Made by a program: the position numbers and the translations under genes. A stretch of DNA of 64,000 nt from positions 4,837,050-4,901,049 of the forward strand of contig MU058781.1 in NCBI GenBank assembly GCA_013265495.1. The letters run 5' to 3'. This DNA comes from Vicugna vicugna. Taxonomy: Eukaryota. Of this stretch, positions 1 through 10,590 are shown one piece after another. Numbering within the stretch: the stretch's first letter is position 1; the number at the start of each line of letters is the position of its first letter. The notes beneath the pieces were generated by a model. It did not search any database, was not told the origin of the DNA, and saw only the letters and a program-made list of their open reading frames with translations.

Positions 1-900
1 GGGGTAGGGGCTGCGGTAATGTAACTAAACTGCATTCTCGGGCGGATTTGGCCTCATATTGCACTTTGCATGCAAATGAGCCTGTGTTATTATTATTATT
101 AATGTTATTTGGGAAATCGTGTAACGCGTGTGTGTTGGAAGACCTTTAAGTTGCAATCGAGGGTCCGATTATGGCGATCTTGTTCCTTGCACTGGCACAT
201 CAGATTTAATGTATGTGGTCGTTTTGGCTTATTTGGTTCGCAACATAAACCAGTTGGGAATCGTGTTACAGCGAATGCATTTGTTGGGATTGACTTTAAT
301 AATGGGACTGGTTTTGTTTAAAAATCCATGGTTTCCAGTTTTAGGGAGAAAAAGACATACAATATAGCTAATGTTTTTAAGTAGGCATGTGAATGCATAT
401 GTAAGTGACTACAAATAATTTCTCCCAGTTAACTGGGCTTCTGAAATTGGGTGATTATTCAGAGATCTAAATGGTTTGGAATAGTTAAATTTTGTTTTGT
501 GCATAGTACAGCTACGTTTTGATTGGCATGGGGAGTGTTTTTGTTTTGTGTGTGGTGGCTTTTTTTTTAAGTTTGGGGGGAGGGAGGGGAGTGGGGACCG
601 AGGATTAACCAAATATGCACTCGAGTGGTCGGTGATTAGCTGCATGCTTTAAATCAAAGAACTCATTTTAAAAAAGGCCAAATGAACATAGATTAGGAAT
701 AATGCAACGTTATGAGAAAGTTTCATTTGACTCGAGACGACAAATTGGTGTTAATATTTTCCTTTTTGGAGCAATACGATGTGTGTAATGACCTTCGGGG
801 CACAGGTTTTGTAAAAAATACATTTAATGGAAAACCTGAATGCCTCTTTTAAAGGGCTGATTCTAATGTAGACACGTAAACTTCAACTATGAAAGAAATG
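1..900. promoter_or_regulatory. AT-rich but CpG-retaining promoter-proximal region with octamer motif
   Basis: No recognisable repeat. Many CpGs in an AT-rich context (tcgggcgg, aatcgtgtaacgcgtg, atcgagggtccgattatggcgatc), unlike the CpG-depleted bulk of the window. ATGCAAAT at 70-77. Confidence 0.55.
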
Positions 901-1639
901 CAAGGTTAAATAATCAAGCTCAACTTAAAAAGCTGTTCCCTAAAGAATTTAAGAATTAAAATACATCCGCATTGCAGAGGGCTGGGGAGAATGCAAAGGA
1001 CTACTTTAAACTCGGGCTGTGGAAACTGCTCGGAGACAACCTTGCTTGGGAGCGTGGACGCCTTCCCGGGGCACCTCCGATCCGGGTGCAGCCACAAAGC
1101 AAATGGGGTAGAACTTGGACCAGAGCCACCCCCGCCCCCGTCCCTGACCCCATCCCAGTCCTCGCTAAGTTGGAGAGCAGCATGAGGTGGGATTTTTTTT
1201 GTTGCTGGTGGTCAGCGGATTGTGTCGAGTTGCTGGCGGCGGCCGCGGGAGGCAGAGCAGGAGTTAACGCTCGGGGAGCCGAGCCCGTGTTCCGGACGTG
1301 CTCGAACCGGCGGCAGAGGGGAGGGCGCGCGGGGGTCGCGCCGGCTAGGCCGGGCCGGGCGGCCGCGTGCGGCCTGTAGGGGGCGGGCTGTGGGCTCCGG
1401 GCTGCAGGCTCCGGGCCGGGCTCGGGGCCGGCGGGAAGGGCCTGCAGGCGGGTAGGTGGGTGGGGACCTGCCCGCTGGCTCCAGTGCGGGCCCGAGAGCA
1501 ACAGGTTAAGTCGGCGAGACGTCAGCGCGCCCCCTCCCCGCCCCCTCGGTTCCTCCCCCGCCTCGCGCGGGCCTCCCCTCCCTCCCTCCGCCCCCCGCGG
1601 CTCCGGGTTCCCGGCCGCTCCGGCCGCGTTCTGTTGTCA

Positions 1640-1699
1640 TTGTGACGTCACAAAGGGACGGGCCCGGGTGGAACCTTCTCCTCCTCCTCCGTGACGTCA
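1640..1699. promoter_or_regulatory. Tandem full CRE (CREB/ATF) sites
   Basis: TGACGTCA at 1643-1650, inside the 14-bp palindrome TTGTGACGTCACAA (1640-1653), and again at 1692-1699. A 7/8 match AGACGTCA lies at 1517-1524. Confidence 0.8.
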
Positions 1700-1851
1700 A
1701 AAGTCGGGCGGGAGGTTCCAGCGCGGCGGGCCTGCGGGGGCGGAGGGAGCGGCGGGGAGGCGGGGGCTGCCGCGTGGGAGGATGAGGAAGAGGAGGAGGA
1801 GGATGCGACCGGCGTCGGCCTTCCGCCTTGACACGCCGCGCTTCCCCTCAG
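1700..1851 (+). other. Probable first (likely non-coding or alternative) exon
   Basis: Lies just downstream of the CRE pair in the CpG island and ends at a near-consensus donor CAG|GTGAGC (GT at 1852-1853). The start position is a guess. Confidence 0.55.
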
Positions 1852-2309
1852 GTGAGCGCTGGGAGCCTCTGGTACCCCAGGGAGTGGCCCTGACCCAGCT
1901 CCGATTCCATTTAGAGGGCGGGGAGCAGTGCGGAGACGCCTCCTGTCTGCGGCAACGTTTTCGCTTCCTCTGTTTCCAGGTCTGCTGATGGTGTGGCATT
2001 GCTGCGGTGGTGGTCGTGTTCTCTCGCTAACGCTTTTGAAAAGCAAGGAAACTTCATTCAGGGAAGCTTGGCTTTGTAAGAGGACCATGTTGTGGATTTG
2101 GTTACCATGTCACTTTAAGTCGTGTGTAGGGTGTCTCCGCAGGATGTGGCGGGATGCCTTTCAGGGTGATGCTGCCCAGCGTCAACTGTTGCTCTTTCTG
2201 GAAGCCTTGAAACAGCAGGGTGGCACTTCTTCGCTGTGCCAGCTCTAGGCTTATGGAGTATTTTGAGGGGCCAGACGAGGGAAGACTTCTCACTGATACG
2301 TGTGCTTGG

Positions 2310-2520
2310 AAGAGCACTGGACTGTAAGTCTAAGGTGTTTTGGGCTTAGTTCTTCTGAACCGGAAAATAAAGAGACTCGAAATCTGAGTCTATTTACTCT
2401 TCTGTAAAATAGAAAAAGTAATACCTGCCTTTGCCACTTCAGTTTATCTGAGTTCACATGCGTGAGATAATGTGCGTGAAAGATGTAAAACTGCCATCTG
2501 TGTAAGGTGGAATTATTACT
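2310..2520 (+). mobile_element. MIR SINE (degenerate)
   Basis: ggaagagcactggactg...tctgtaaaatagaaaaagtaatacctgcc...gagataatgtgcgtgaaag resembles the MIR core and tail. Confidence 0.6.
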
Positions 2521-3869
2521 TGAGCTGGTGAAGGCAGCACATTTCCTACAATTGGTCTCAAAAGCTTTCGATGCCTGCCGCGTTGCCGTTTAGTTTATTG
2601 CCTTAGCAAAGCAGAGTTTGGGGGTGGGATTGTAGATGGCAGGCTTTGGGAGAAATGATTGTTACATTTCATATGAAATGACGTCCTTGAGAAGCTCATA
2701 AATTGCGATGTAATCCTGTCTTAATTGCTGGGCACGACTCCCACCACAATACCTTGAATAACTGAAAACGTTTGCCTTTCAAAACCCCAATCCACTTGGA
2801 CAATAAAAACAGTTGCATGTTTTGCTCTATGGGTATTTTGTGCCATTTCTGTCACTCCACTGGTTGATTATTCCTATGGAGAATAGCAGATATGATACCC
2901 AGGCTTCAAACCCATTTGATCTTTGATGCTTTATAGCAGGTATGAGTTTGAAATAAAAAATCTCTGCCGTGTGAAGATATGATTCATGCAGTTAGCACGC
3001 AGACAAATTACCAGTTTGATTTCTGGGACAGCTCAAGCAGAATTTGTACCAGCAGGCTATAAGTTTTAAGTAATTTTCTGATTTGAAAGTGCACTATGAT
3101 TGGAAAAACTGAAAAGTTTGTTACAAGATTCAAAAACAGGATTTACTAGAATTACATAAAACTGTAAAGAAAAAAATAGAACCACCCCAAAATGTACTGG
3201 TAGGATTTATAAGCACCAGCCCCCTCCCCATTTTACACCTAATTGGGTTATTTTACAGTTTTGGGGGAAAAGTACACCTTATTCAATGGCTACATTTTTC
3301 CTTTTCTGAGTTGTTCACGTGGCTTTCTTCCTGTCTCTAGTAGTGGAAGAAACTTTCTCTTTTGTCACGCAAGTCTAGAGTAGAGACAGTTGAGCAACTG
3401 TCACTGTCTGGAGAGATTATGGAAGGAATACTGTCAAGTCTGAGGTGCGTCACTGAAATTTAAAAGGAAAAAGATCATGCTTAAAAATTATCCAATTTGG
3501 GTTATTACTACCTGGGTTACTACTTCACCATAGACAAGTATCTGATTTGTGTGTCCCCGTTGCCTTTGGCCCAAATAGCCAGCTAGAATCATTTGGTACT
3601 TGGATGGTATAATGGCTGTTTCCTCTGTCTTAGTAGGTCAGACCAGTTCCTAAAGCTGGGCTGAGGGCTGTTGACTCACTTCCAAGTGTCTTGAAATAAC
3701 TCTAGTGTTAATCTTAACATATATTTTGCTCCAAAGGTTATTTAAACTTTCAGGAAGAAAAACTTTTGGAGTATATCACTGATGTCTCTTAGATTCAAAA
3801 TAGAATCATTTTCTGTCTTTTTTTTCCTTTCAAAGACGACATGGGAAAGCCATATTAAGCCTGGTATAT

Positions 3870-4112
3870 TAAAACACTTGGTAAAAGCTAACCTGGATTT
3901 TCAAAAATTTAGTCATACTTTTATTTAACCCAGTGTATTAAATACATCATTTTACCATATAATCAATTCAAAAGTTGTTAAGGTAGTTTACATTTTTTTC
4001 ATCTTAGGTCTTTGAAATCTGGTGAATTTTTTTTTTGCCTTGCATTTTGGACGAGTCATTTCAAAAGTGCAAGAGCTACGAAAGGCTGGTAGCTATCTTA
4101 GTGGACAGGGCC
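3870..4112 (-). mobile_element. MER33-like hAT-Charlie DNA transposon relic
   Basis: tatttaacccagtgtatt...aatcaattcaaaag...tctttgaaatctggtg...gctggtagctatcttagtggacag is collinear with the reverse complement of the copy at 61640-62107. Confidence 0.65.
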
Positions 4113-4609
4113 GACTGCAGCTAGTGGTGTATCTAATGTAGCATGGTGTCTGCATTGGTGAGACACTTCAAGTTCTGCAAAATTGTACACCAAAAATAGC
4201 AGGGGTAATGGAAAAATAAGGGTGGAGCAGGTCACTCAAAACCTGTGTTACTTGGGTAAAAGTGAGCTGCAATGAATTGATAATTTGGATCTGGAAAAAT
4301 GACATGAAATGCTCAGACAAGAGCTTAGATTCCAGAGTGAATTTTGAAAGTTGAGAGTGGTTATGCTGGCAGTGTTTTATATAGTGTAGAGCTGATGTAT
4401 CCAGGACAGTATGGATCAAAGTTTGCTGTTAGCTGTAGGCATTGTTTTTTTTGTTTTATAGGGTTTTTTTTGGGTAGATGAACTTTGAGGTGTTTTTTTG
4501 TTTGTTTTTTGTAGATGCACACTTTTGTAGTTTGGGAATTTTTAAAAAATCATGAGTGGATACTGAAAAGCTGGACTATTTTTAAGGTTTGCCCTTGATC
4601 ATGACGGTC

Positions 4610-5420
4610 TGAGGACCTAGACGCCTGACATTTTTATCCGAATGGTTAGAAAGTTTTGCAGTCAAAGAAATTTAGTTTTTGGAATTCTCGTTGCATTGTT
4701 CTAATCCTCCTAATGTTACTGGTCCACGTCTGAGTCTCCCCCAGGTTTACAGTAACAGCTCCTGGTCACCTTTCATCTACCCGGTTCTCCTGGCTGCAGA
4801 ATGTCCTGGCTGTGATACCGACCCCAGCACGAAGCTCCTGGCCAGTGGGCAGGCCTGGGGAGTGTGTGCCTCTGCCCCCTTTGGCTTCTACCCAGATAGA
4901 AGGCTTGCCAAGTGTCAGTTGTTTGTTCCCAAATCTGGTTATTCCAGTTAGACTTACTGCAATTTCAGTTAAATATTATGTAAACCTTTGAAGGAGTGTG
5001 AAATGAATTGGTTTCTCTGAAAACTTTAGGCCGAATGTTTGGGAACCCTTGGTAAAAGTGAAGTACTGAAAAAATGAGGCTGTTCAATTAGATGTGGGCT
5101 AGAATTTTAAAAGACTTGGGGAAAATCTGTAAGGATTCTGCTCACACATTGCTTTGCAAGTGTTAAGAACTGAGCTTTGTGGCCAAACTCCCTTCACAGC
5201 AAACAAAACAGTAACATGGAGCACCGGAATTCCTCAGATCTATCTGTAACTGAAAGTAAGCTCATGCTTTCATTGCATATGTATATAATCTACTTCTGTT
5301 TATCTATCTAGATAGTTTTCTTTTCTTTTTTTTTTTTAAGGTTTTCCACCTATAAAGTTTACATTAGCTAACCAGCTTTGGGTCCCTATCATCTCTGATA
5401 AGAGTACTTCCATTGTATTT
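4610..5420 (+). mobile_element. Tigger-like (TcMar/pogo) DNA transposon relic
   Basis: 4990-5165 resembles a decayed pogo-type transposase N-terminal HTH (gctgttcaattagatgtgggc...aaaagacttggggaaaa...ggattctgctcacacattgctttgcaagtg). The end gataagagtacttccattgta resembles a Tigger TIR plus TA. The 5' boundary is uncertain. Confidence 0.5.
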
Positions 5421-8139
5421 AGCCTTAATCCCCAAATACGTGCTTCCTTATCTAGTTCATGCCAGGTAGCACAGATAAAATTCGAATCAGTTTAGAGTGG
5501 CCCTACCGAGGTAATTTGTATTACTTTCAGAGTTAAAAACAATTGTGTCATTCTCAGGATGGTGGGGGCAGAAAGATTAGTGATTTTACACATTTATGTG
5601 GAGTTCAGAAGCTCATTTCTTGTAATCCAGCAACTTTAATTATTTTATCTTACTTAGGAGATACTGCTGAAGGTGTTCTCATTTTAAATCCTTAAGCCTA
5701 CCTGTTAATGGAAATGAGACATGTAGAATCTGTTTCTTCCTTGTGAATCAGTCACCTTTTGTTTCTTTCCATCTCCAAGGTAACTATTCCTTTCATTCCT
5801 CTGACTGGCCCCCCCTCCGCAAGCCTCCTCAATTCCTTTTCCAGGCCCCAGACTTCGTCCCCTTTGTCTGCAAAGCCTTTTCCACACTTGTCTCATCATC
5901 GCAGGCTCCTTTCCTTTCAGGGTGGTAGGAACTGTGATGACTGGTTTTCTCAAGCTGTGCTGTAGTATAGCTATTTGTATCCTTTTTTGTAGACAATTTG
6001 AGATTTTTCTTAGCCTTTTAGGGTTTAATCTTTTCTAGGAACTTCAGACAACCCTATAGCCTTCTGGCAGTTTCACACTTTCAAGGGGTTTTCATTCATT
6101 TCGGATTCAGTATAAAATTAAAAGTGGAGCTGAACCTTGTGGGAAGTCGGAAATGGCAGCTCTGGCCTGATACCCTGCTCCTGGTCGAATGACCTGGCCT
6201 GCTTCCAAGACTACTGCCCTGTCACCTCTTGCAGATGGCTTTTGTCTCTCTTGGTTTCTTAGTCAGGATGTGTGGGATGGGAAAGGGCCCATGTTTTACA
6301 GATACTGATCCTGTCCCAGAGGGCCACACCTGAGTGGGCGGCTGGACTACAGCCCTGGGTCTTTGGCTTTCTGTCTTCTTCCACCAGTCTGTCTTGTCAC
6401 AGGTTTTACTGCTCTTGTGAGGACGTGGCCCGTGTCTCCTGGGTCCTCTTTGCCATTTGCAGAAATGTGCCAGAAGAGCTTGGATTGTGGGAAACACTCT
6501 TGGTGACCCTACCTAGCACCCACCCATCCCTGCTGAAAGCATCTTCGGGGGAAGAAGACACGGTCGGTTCTGAACCGACCGCCCAGTTACTGTTTCCTTA
6601 GTGAGTTCACATGAGAGAAAGAGGCTGTTGAGTCCATTTTACTGAAGGGAAAACTGAGGTGAGTTGAGCCTGGCCAGTGAGTTAAAGGCTGCATCTCCTC
6701 TCTAGTTTTTAGTCCAGATGAACTAGAGGTAAAAGGAATGATGAGAGTAGCCTTGAAAAGGGGAAAAAGGTTGTAACAAGGGCTCTTGGCAGCCTTTCGT
6801 TAGGATTTTTTGCTTGAGAAAGTCGGGGGGATGTTAAGGCATTTTGGTCTCAGATGCATGTTTGTTTTTTTAAACACCAGTTGGTGGAGCTACCCCCTTA
6901 TCCCCAGCTGCCTGTCTCCTTGGGTCCTCATTGGAAAAAGCACTGAGGTCCCCGTTGCCTTTGGAACTGGCTGGTTTGTACTCTGTGTTTTATAAATGTC
7001 CCCACCCCACCCTCTCCGAGTGCCTGAGGGCGTTCGTACATTTGACTTGGCCAGGGCTTCGAGGCTTTTTCTGGCACTTGTGTTGTTGCCTCTGACTTTT
7101 GCTGCATAGGGGACCATGGGGCGCTGAGGGAAATAATCATTTGCCCTCAAATCTCACCAGGGTCCTGGCCAGGTGGTAAACAAAGGCTGCCCAGATATGT
7201 TAATGAGGCAGCATGAGTAACGGGAACATTATACGTAATTACTCACGTACTCAGGGGAAGTCTGAGGGCCTTAGAAAGGGGAGCCCTACTGGCAGAAGTT
7301 CTTGAGCTGCTTTTGAGAACTGGTGTGGCCTCGAAGGCCTAAATTGGATTTTAAGTTCTAATTTTGTAAGGCTGTCAAGCTCCACCACCCATGAGGAGGA
7401 AGGCAGTGAGCGCTGAAACACTAGCAGCGGTGTTCAGTTACCGTGAATCCTAGAAGGCTCACCAAATTCATAGCCACAGATTTGGCCCCTTGGTACTCCC
7501 AGTACAGCTCTTCTCTCACATGTTTCCTCCGGTACAACGAGGATTTCTTTTCCAACAACATTTTTTGGGTGGACGGGGTGGGGAGGGGTGAGAGGGGTGA
7601 GTTTTGTGCATCAGTTTTCCATCGGGAGACCCTCTGGTTTATGGTGACAGCAGCCCAGGATCTAGTGACTGGATCACCCAGGGGAGTGTGGGAGACGTTC
7701 TGGCGCCCTGTTTTATTGCTGTCTTTTTAAATCTGGGTGGCTCTCTTTCTCTGTTATTTCCCAACCCTGATTTGGGTTAGGGCTTGGTCTGCAGTGATTG
7801 TGTGCGTTATCTCTTGGTTCTCATTTCTGCCAGCTGTTAAAGTGTTTGGTGCCTGTGGGGGCAGAAACAGGTGCCAGGAGGAAATGAGAAGGGATTAGGG
7901 CTGAGCATGTGTTTCTTGCATTTATTCCTTCCCTAGGTTTGGGGAAAGGGCACTGAATGAATGCTTATTCTGTTAAGCAGCAGTTGGATGTGGATCTTAT
8001 TAAAATGTGGAGTGTTTTGTGCTTTGTGTAGATATCTTACCGCTAGTATGTGGGCTTCAGGAATGAAATGTCTCAGATTGGGGCAGGCTTGATTTGAATA
8101 GGTAGGGCACTTCTGCGTTCATAATGGACAAGATTGGGA

Positions 8140-8345
8140 ATACAAACTGAGCTCGGAGTTGAGCCCTTCATGACACTGGCTGTGTGACCCTGGGCAAGCA
8201 ACGTAACCTCGCTGAGCTGCTTCCTCACTTGGAAGATTTGCTCCGTGCACCTCACAGGCTTCTTGCTGGGAGGGTCTGAGGTTTTTGATGTGAAAGCACT
8301 TGGTAAACTGCATACTATGCACAGCCGCTCAAGAAGTTACTGTTA
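8140..8345 (+). mobile_element. MIR SINE
   Basis: ggctgtgtgaccctgggcaag...cttcctcacttg...gtgaaagcacttggtaaactg. Confidence 0.75.
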
Positions 8346-8384
8346 CACAGTTGGAAATCACCAACCTGGAGAAATTTAAAAAAA

Positions 8385-8510
8385 TTTTAATTTTAGTAGG
8401 GGGAAGGTAATTAGGTTTATTTATTTATTTTTAGAGAAGGTACTGCGGCTTGAACCCAGGAACTCATGCATGCTAAGCATGCTGTCTACTGCTTGAGCAA
8501 TACCCTCCCC
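8385..8510 (-). mobile_element. Camelid tRNA-derived SINE (Vic-1-like)
   Basis: Reverse complement reads ggggagggtattgctcaagcagtagacagcatgcttagcatgcatgagttcctgggttcaagccgcagtacc...aaataaataaacctaattaccttcccc, with Pol III A and B boxes. Confidence 0.85.
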
Positions 8511-9589
8511 ACTAGTGACGGATCTTCTAAAGTCCATTTTGGAATATAGAACAAAGCTTTAAAGGTTCGAAAATGATATGGTTTCTTCTCACCCCTACCC
8601 CCTGGTGGTGATTGAATCTCTTCTGTATTATCCAGAACATGTCTGGATTAGAAAGAGGGAGAGACTGAGAATTGAGATCAATGTGGCACTGAATCTGTGC
8701 ACAAAGATGTTTCCCCAGAGATGTTAAACCTGGATCTTAGAGCAATGATCCCCTTGAACTTGGAAATCCGATGATCCTCATCCTGCAGTGCATCAAGTCT
8801 AAACTGTCTGTCCTCAGCACCATGTACAAAGGTCTTGCTCTGCCTTGAGCTTCTGGCCACCCCATCTGCTTTAGCTGAGCCCAGCCTCCTGGCCTTTGCA
8901 CATCCTGGTTCCTCACCTTGCTCAGGGGATTGCCTGCGGAGCACACCCGACCTCTCTGAGGCCTAGCTGGACGGCCTGTCACCCCCTTCCCCAGTCGGGC
9001 AGAGCCAGGCCCCTTCTCTCTGAGGGCCGGAGTCCTCACACCCACTTCTAGGTGCTGGAATTAGCATTTTCGTGCCTCCCACCCTGTTAACCCCACAGAA
9101 GTAGAGACTGAATTTTATGTCATCACACGGTTGAGTTGAAGCTTTTGGAGTATTTCAGATCCTACCCAGTAGTGGGAGGGAATTGGTTAAGACCTACTGG
9201 GAAAGGGTGAAACTTCACTGATCAGAGAATTTCATAGCTGAGGAAACCGGAGGCGTCTAGTAACAGAGGTTGCACATTTTGTCAGTAACACATCCGGGGT
9301 GTGAAACCCAGCCCCTGATACAGTGGAGGGCCATCCGGGTACTGCCTTTGGAGCGGTCTTTCAGAGATGCTGCCTCTTGCCAGGTGAATCCTCAGTTGTC
9401 CATGGTAACTGCAATAACTCATTGATTTTCATGGAAAAATAAAATCCATGTGTAATCTCCATACCTGGTTAGGCCAGTAGTGTTTGTCCCCCTTTGAAAA
9501 TGACTTTTTCGCTTTATGAACTACTGCAGTTACCTGCGGGGCACTCCTATACTTACAGGAACGTCATTTTCCGTGTGGGCTCACACTCA

Positions 9590-9930
9590 CAAGTGATGTT
9601 CTGTTCCACGCTTTTTGTATTTATATCTCATCTCAGTGATCAAAATACATGATTCTGCATCATTATTTTTAATGGCTGCTGGGCACTCAGTCGATCTGTA
9701 CCACAGTTTGCGTGTTCTTCATGGGTTTTTCACAGTTTGGGGGCTGTTGTCCAAAATGATGTGTGCAGTGAGCTTTTCCGGTATCCTATATCCTTTTGCC
9801 CTTAATTCCAAATTCCTCTAAGTGGAATTACTGACTCAGAAGTGCCTGTGTTTACGTTCAGATCCCTCTTACATGGCTTTCTAGGAGAAAGGCTGTACTA
9901 ATTTACGGTCCCCCAGGTAGTGCCAGCGGG
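9590..9930 (-). mobile_element. Old L1 (L1M/L1ME-type) fragment
   Basis: cattatttttaatggctg...aaattcctctaagtggaattactgactcag...aaaggctgtactaatttac. Confidence 0.55.
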
Positions 9931-10439
9931 TTTGTTTGTTTGCTGGCTTTTAAAAACCAATACAGGCACTTGTAACAAGTAATAAAGATGTCAGTTGGGT
10001 TTTATTTAAGTTTCTATTTCCTTTCCTTGTCCTCTCTCAGGGCATTAGAACTAAATGAGATAAGATATGGGAAACACTTTGTAAAACAAAATTGCTCTGA
10101 GAACACAATGTGTTATTAGGACGACTGTAGCAGTGAAGGAAGAAGAGAGTCTAGAATTGTACAATTGCATAGTTCATATTTATGAAATGCTTTTTTTGTG
10201 AGGACATGACGTAACTTTAAGGTGACGTCGAATTGCATTGTTTTCATAAGTGATTTCAGCCTTGTTTGTGAGGTGGGCTTTGTATGGTTACAAAGGTCCC
10301 ATTGGGCTCTGGCTTGGGAGATGTTTCAGTTAAAGATAGCTGGTATATTCTGGTTGCTTACCATGCTCAGACTGTTAAGCGTTAGAAAATATGACATTGT
10401 CCTTGTCCTCAGAATTTACAGTTGACACTGGGAAGAGGG

Positions 10440-10590
10440 GGCTGACCTTGGATAAATCTCTTACCTCCACAAGTCTCGGTTTCTTCATCTAAAAAGTGGG
10501 GAGAATTACACCTTCGTTTATTGGCCTCTCAAGGTCATTTTGGGGGAGGCAGAGTTGGATGTTAACATGTGAAGTGCTTTATAAACTATC
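10440..10590 (+). mobile_element. MIR SINE
   Basis: tgaccttggataaatctctt...ctcggtttcttcatctaaaaagtgggg...gtgaagtgctttataaact. Confidence 0.7.

Larger units (their letters stand above)
1000..2050. promoter_or_regulatory. CpG island / promoter
   Basis: Very high GC with dense CpG, several GC boxes (GGGCGG/CCGCCC), and TGACGTCA at 1643-1650 and 1692-1699. Confidence 0.9.

Noticed and set aside
972..2248. Many overlapping 60-166 aa ORFs on both strands
   Set aside because: Low-complexity Arg/Gly/Pro/Ala products expected from stop-poor CpG-island DNA, with no recognisable domain.
8813..8833. REST/RE1-like CTCAGCACCATGTACAAAG
   Set aside because: The right half-site lacks the essential GGACAG core.
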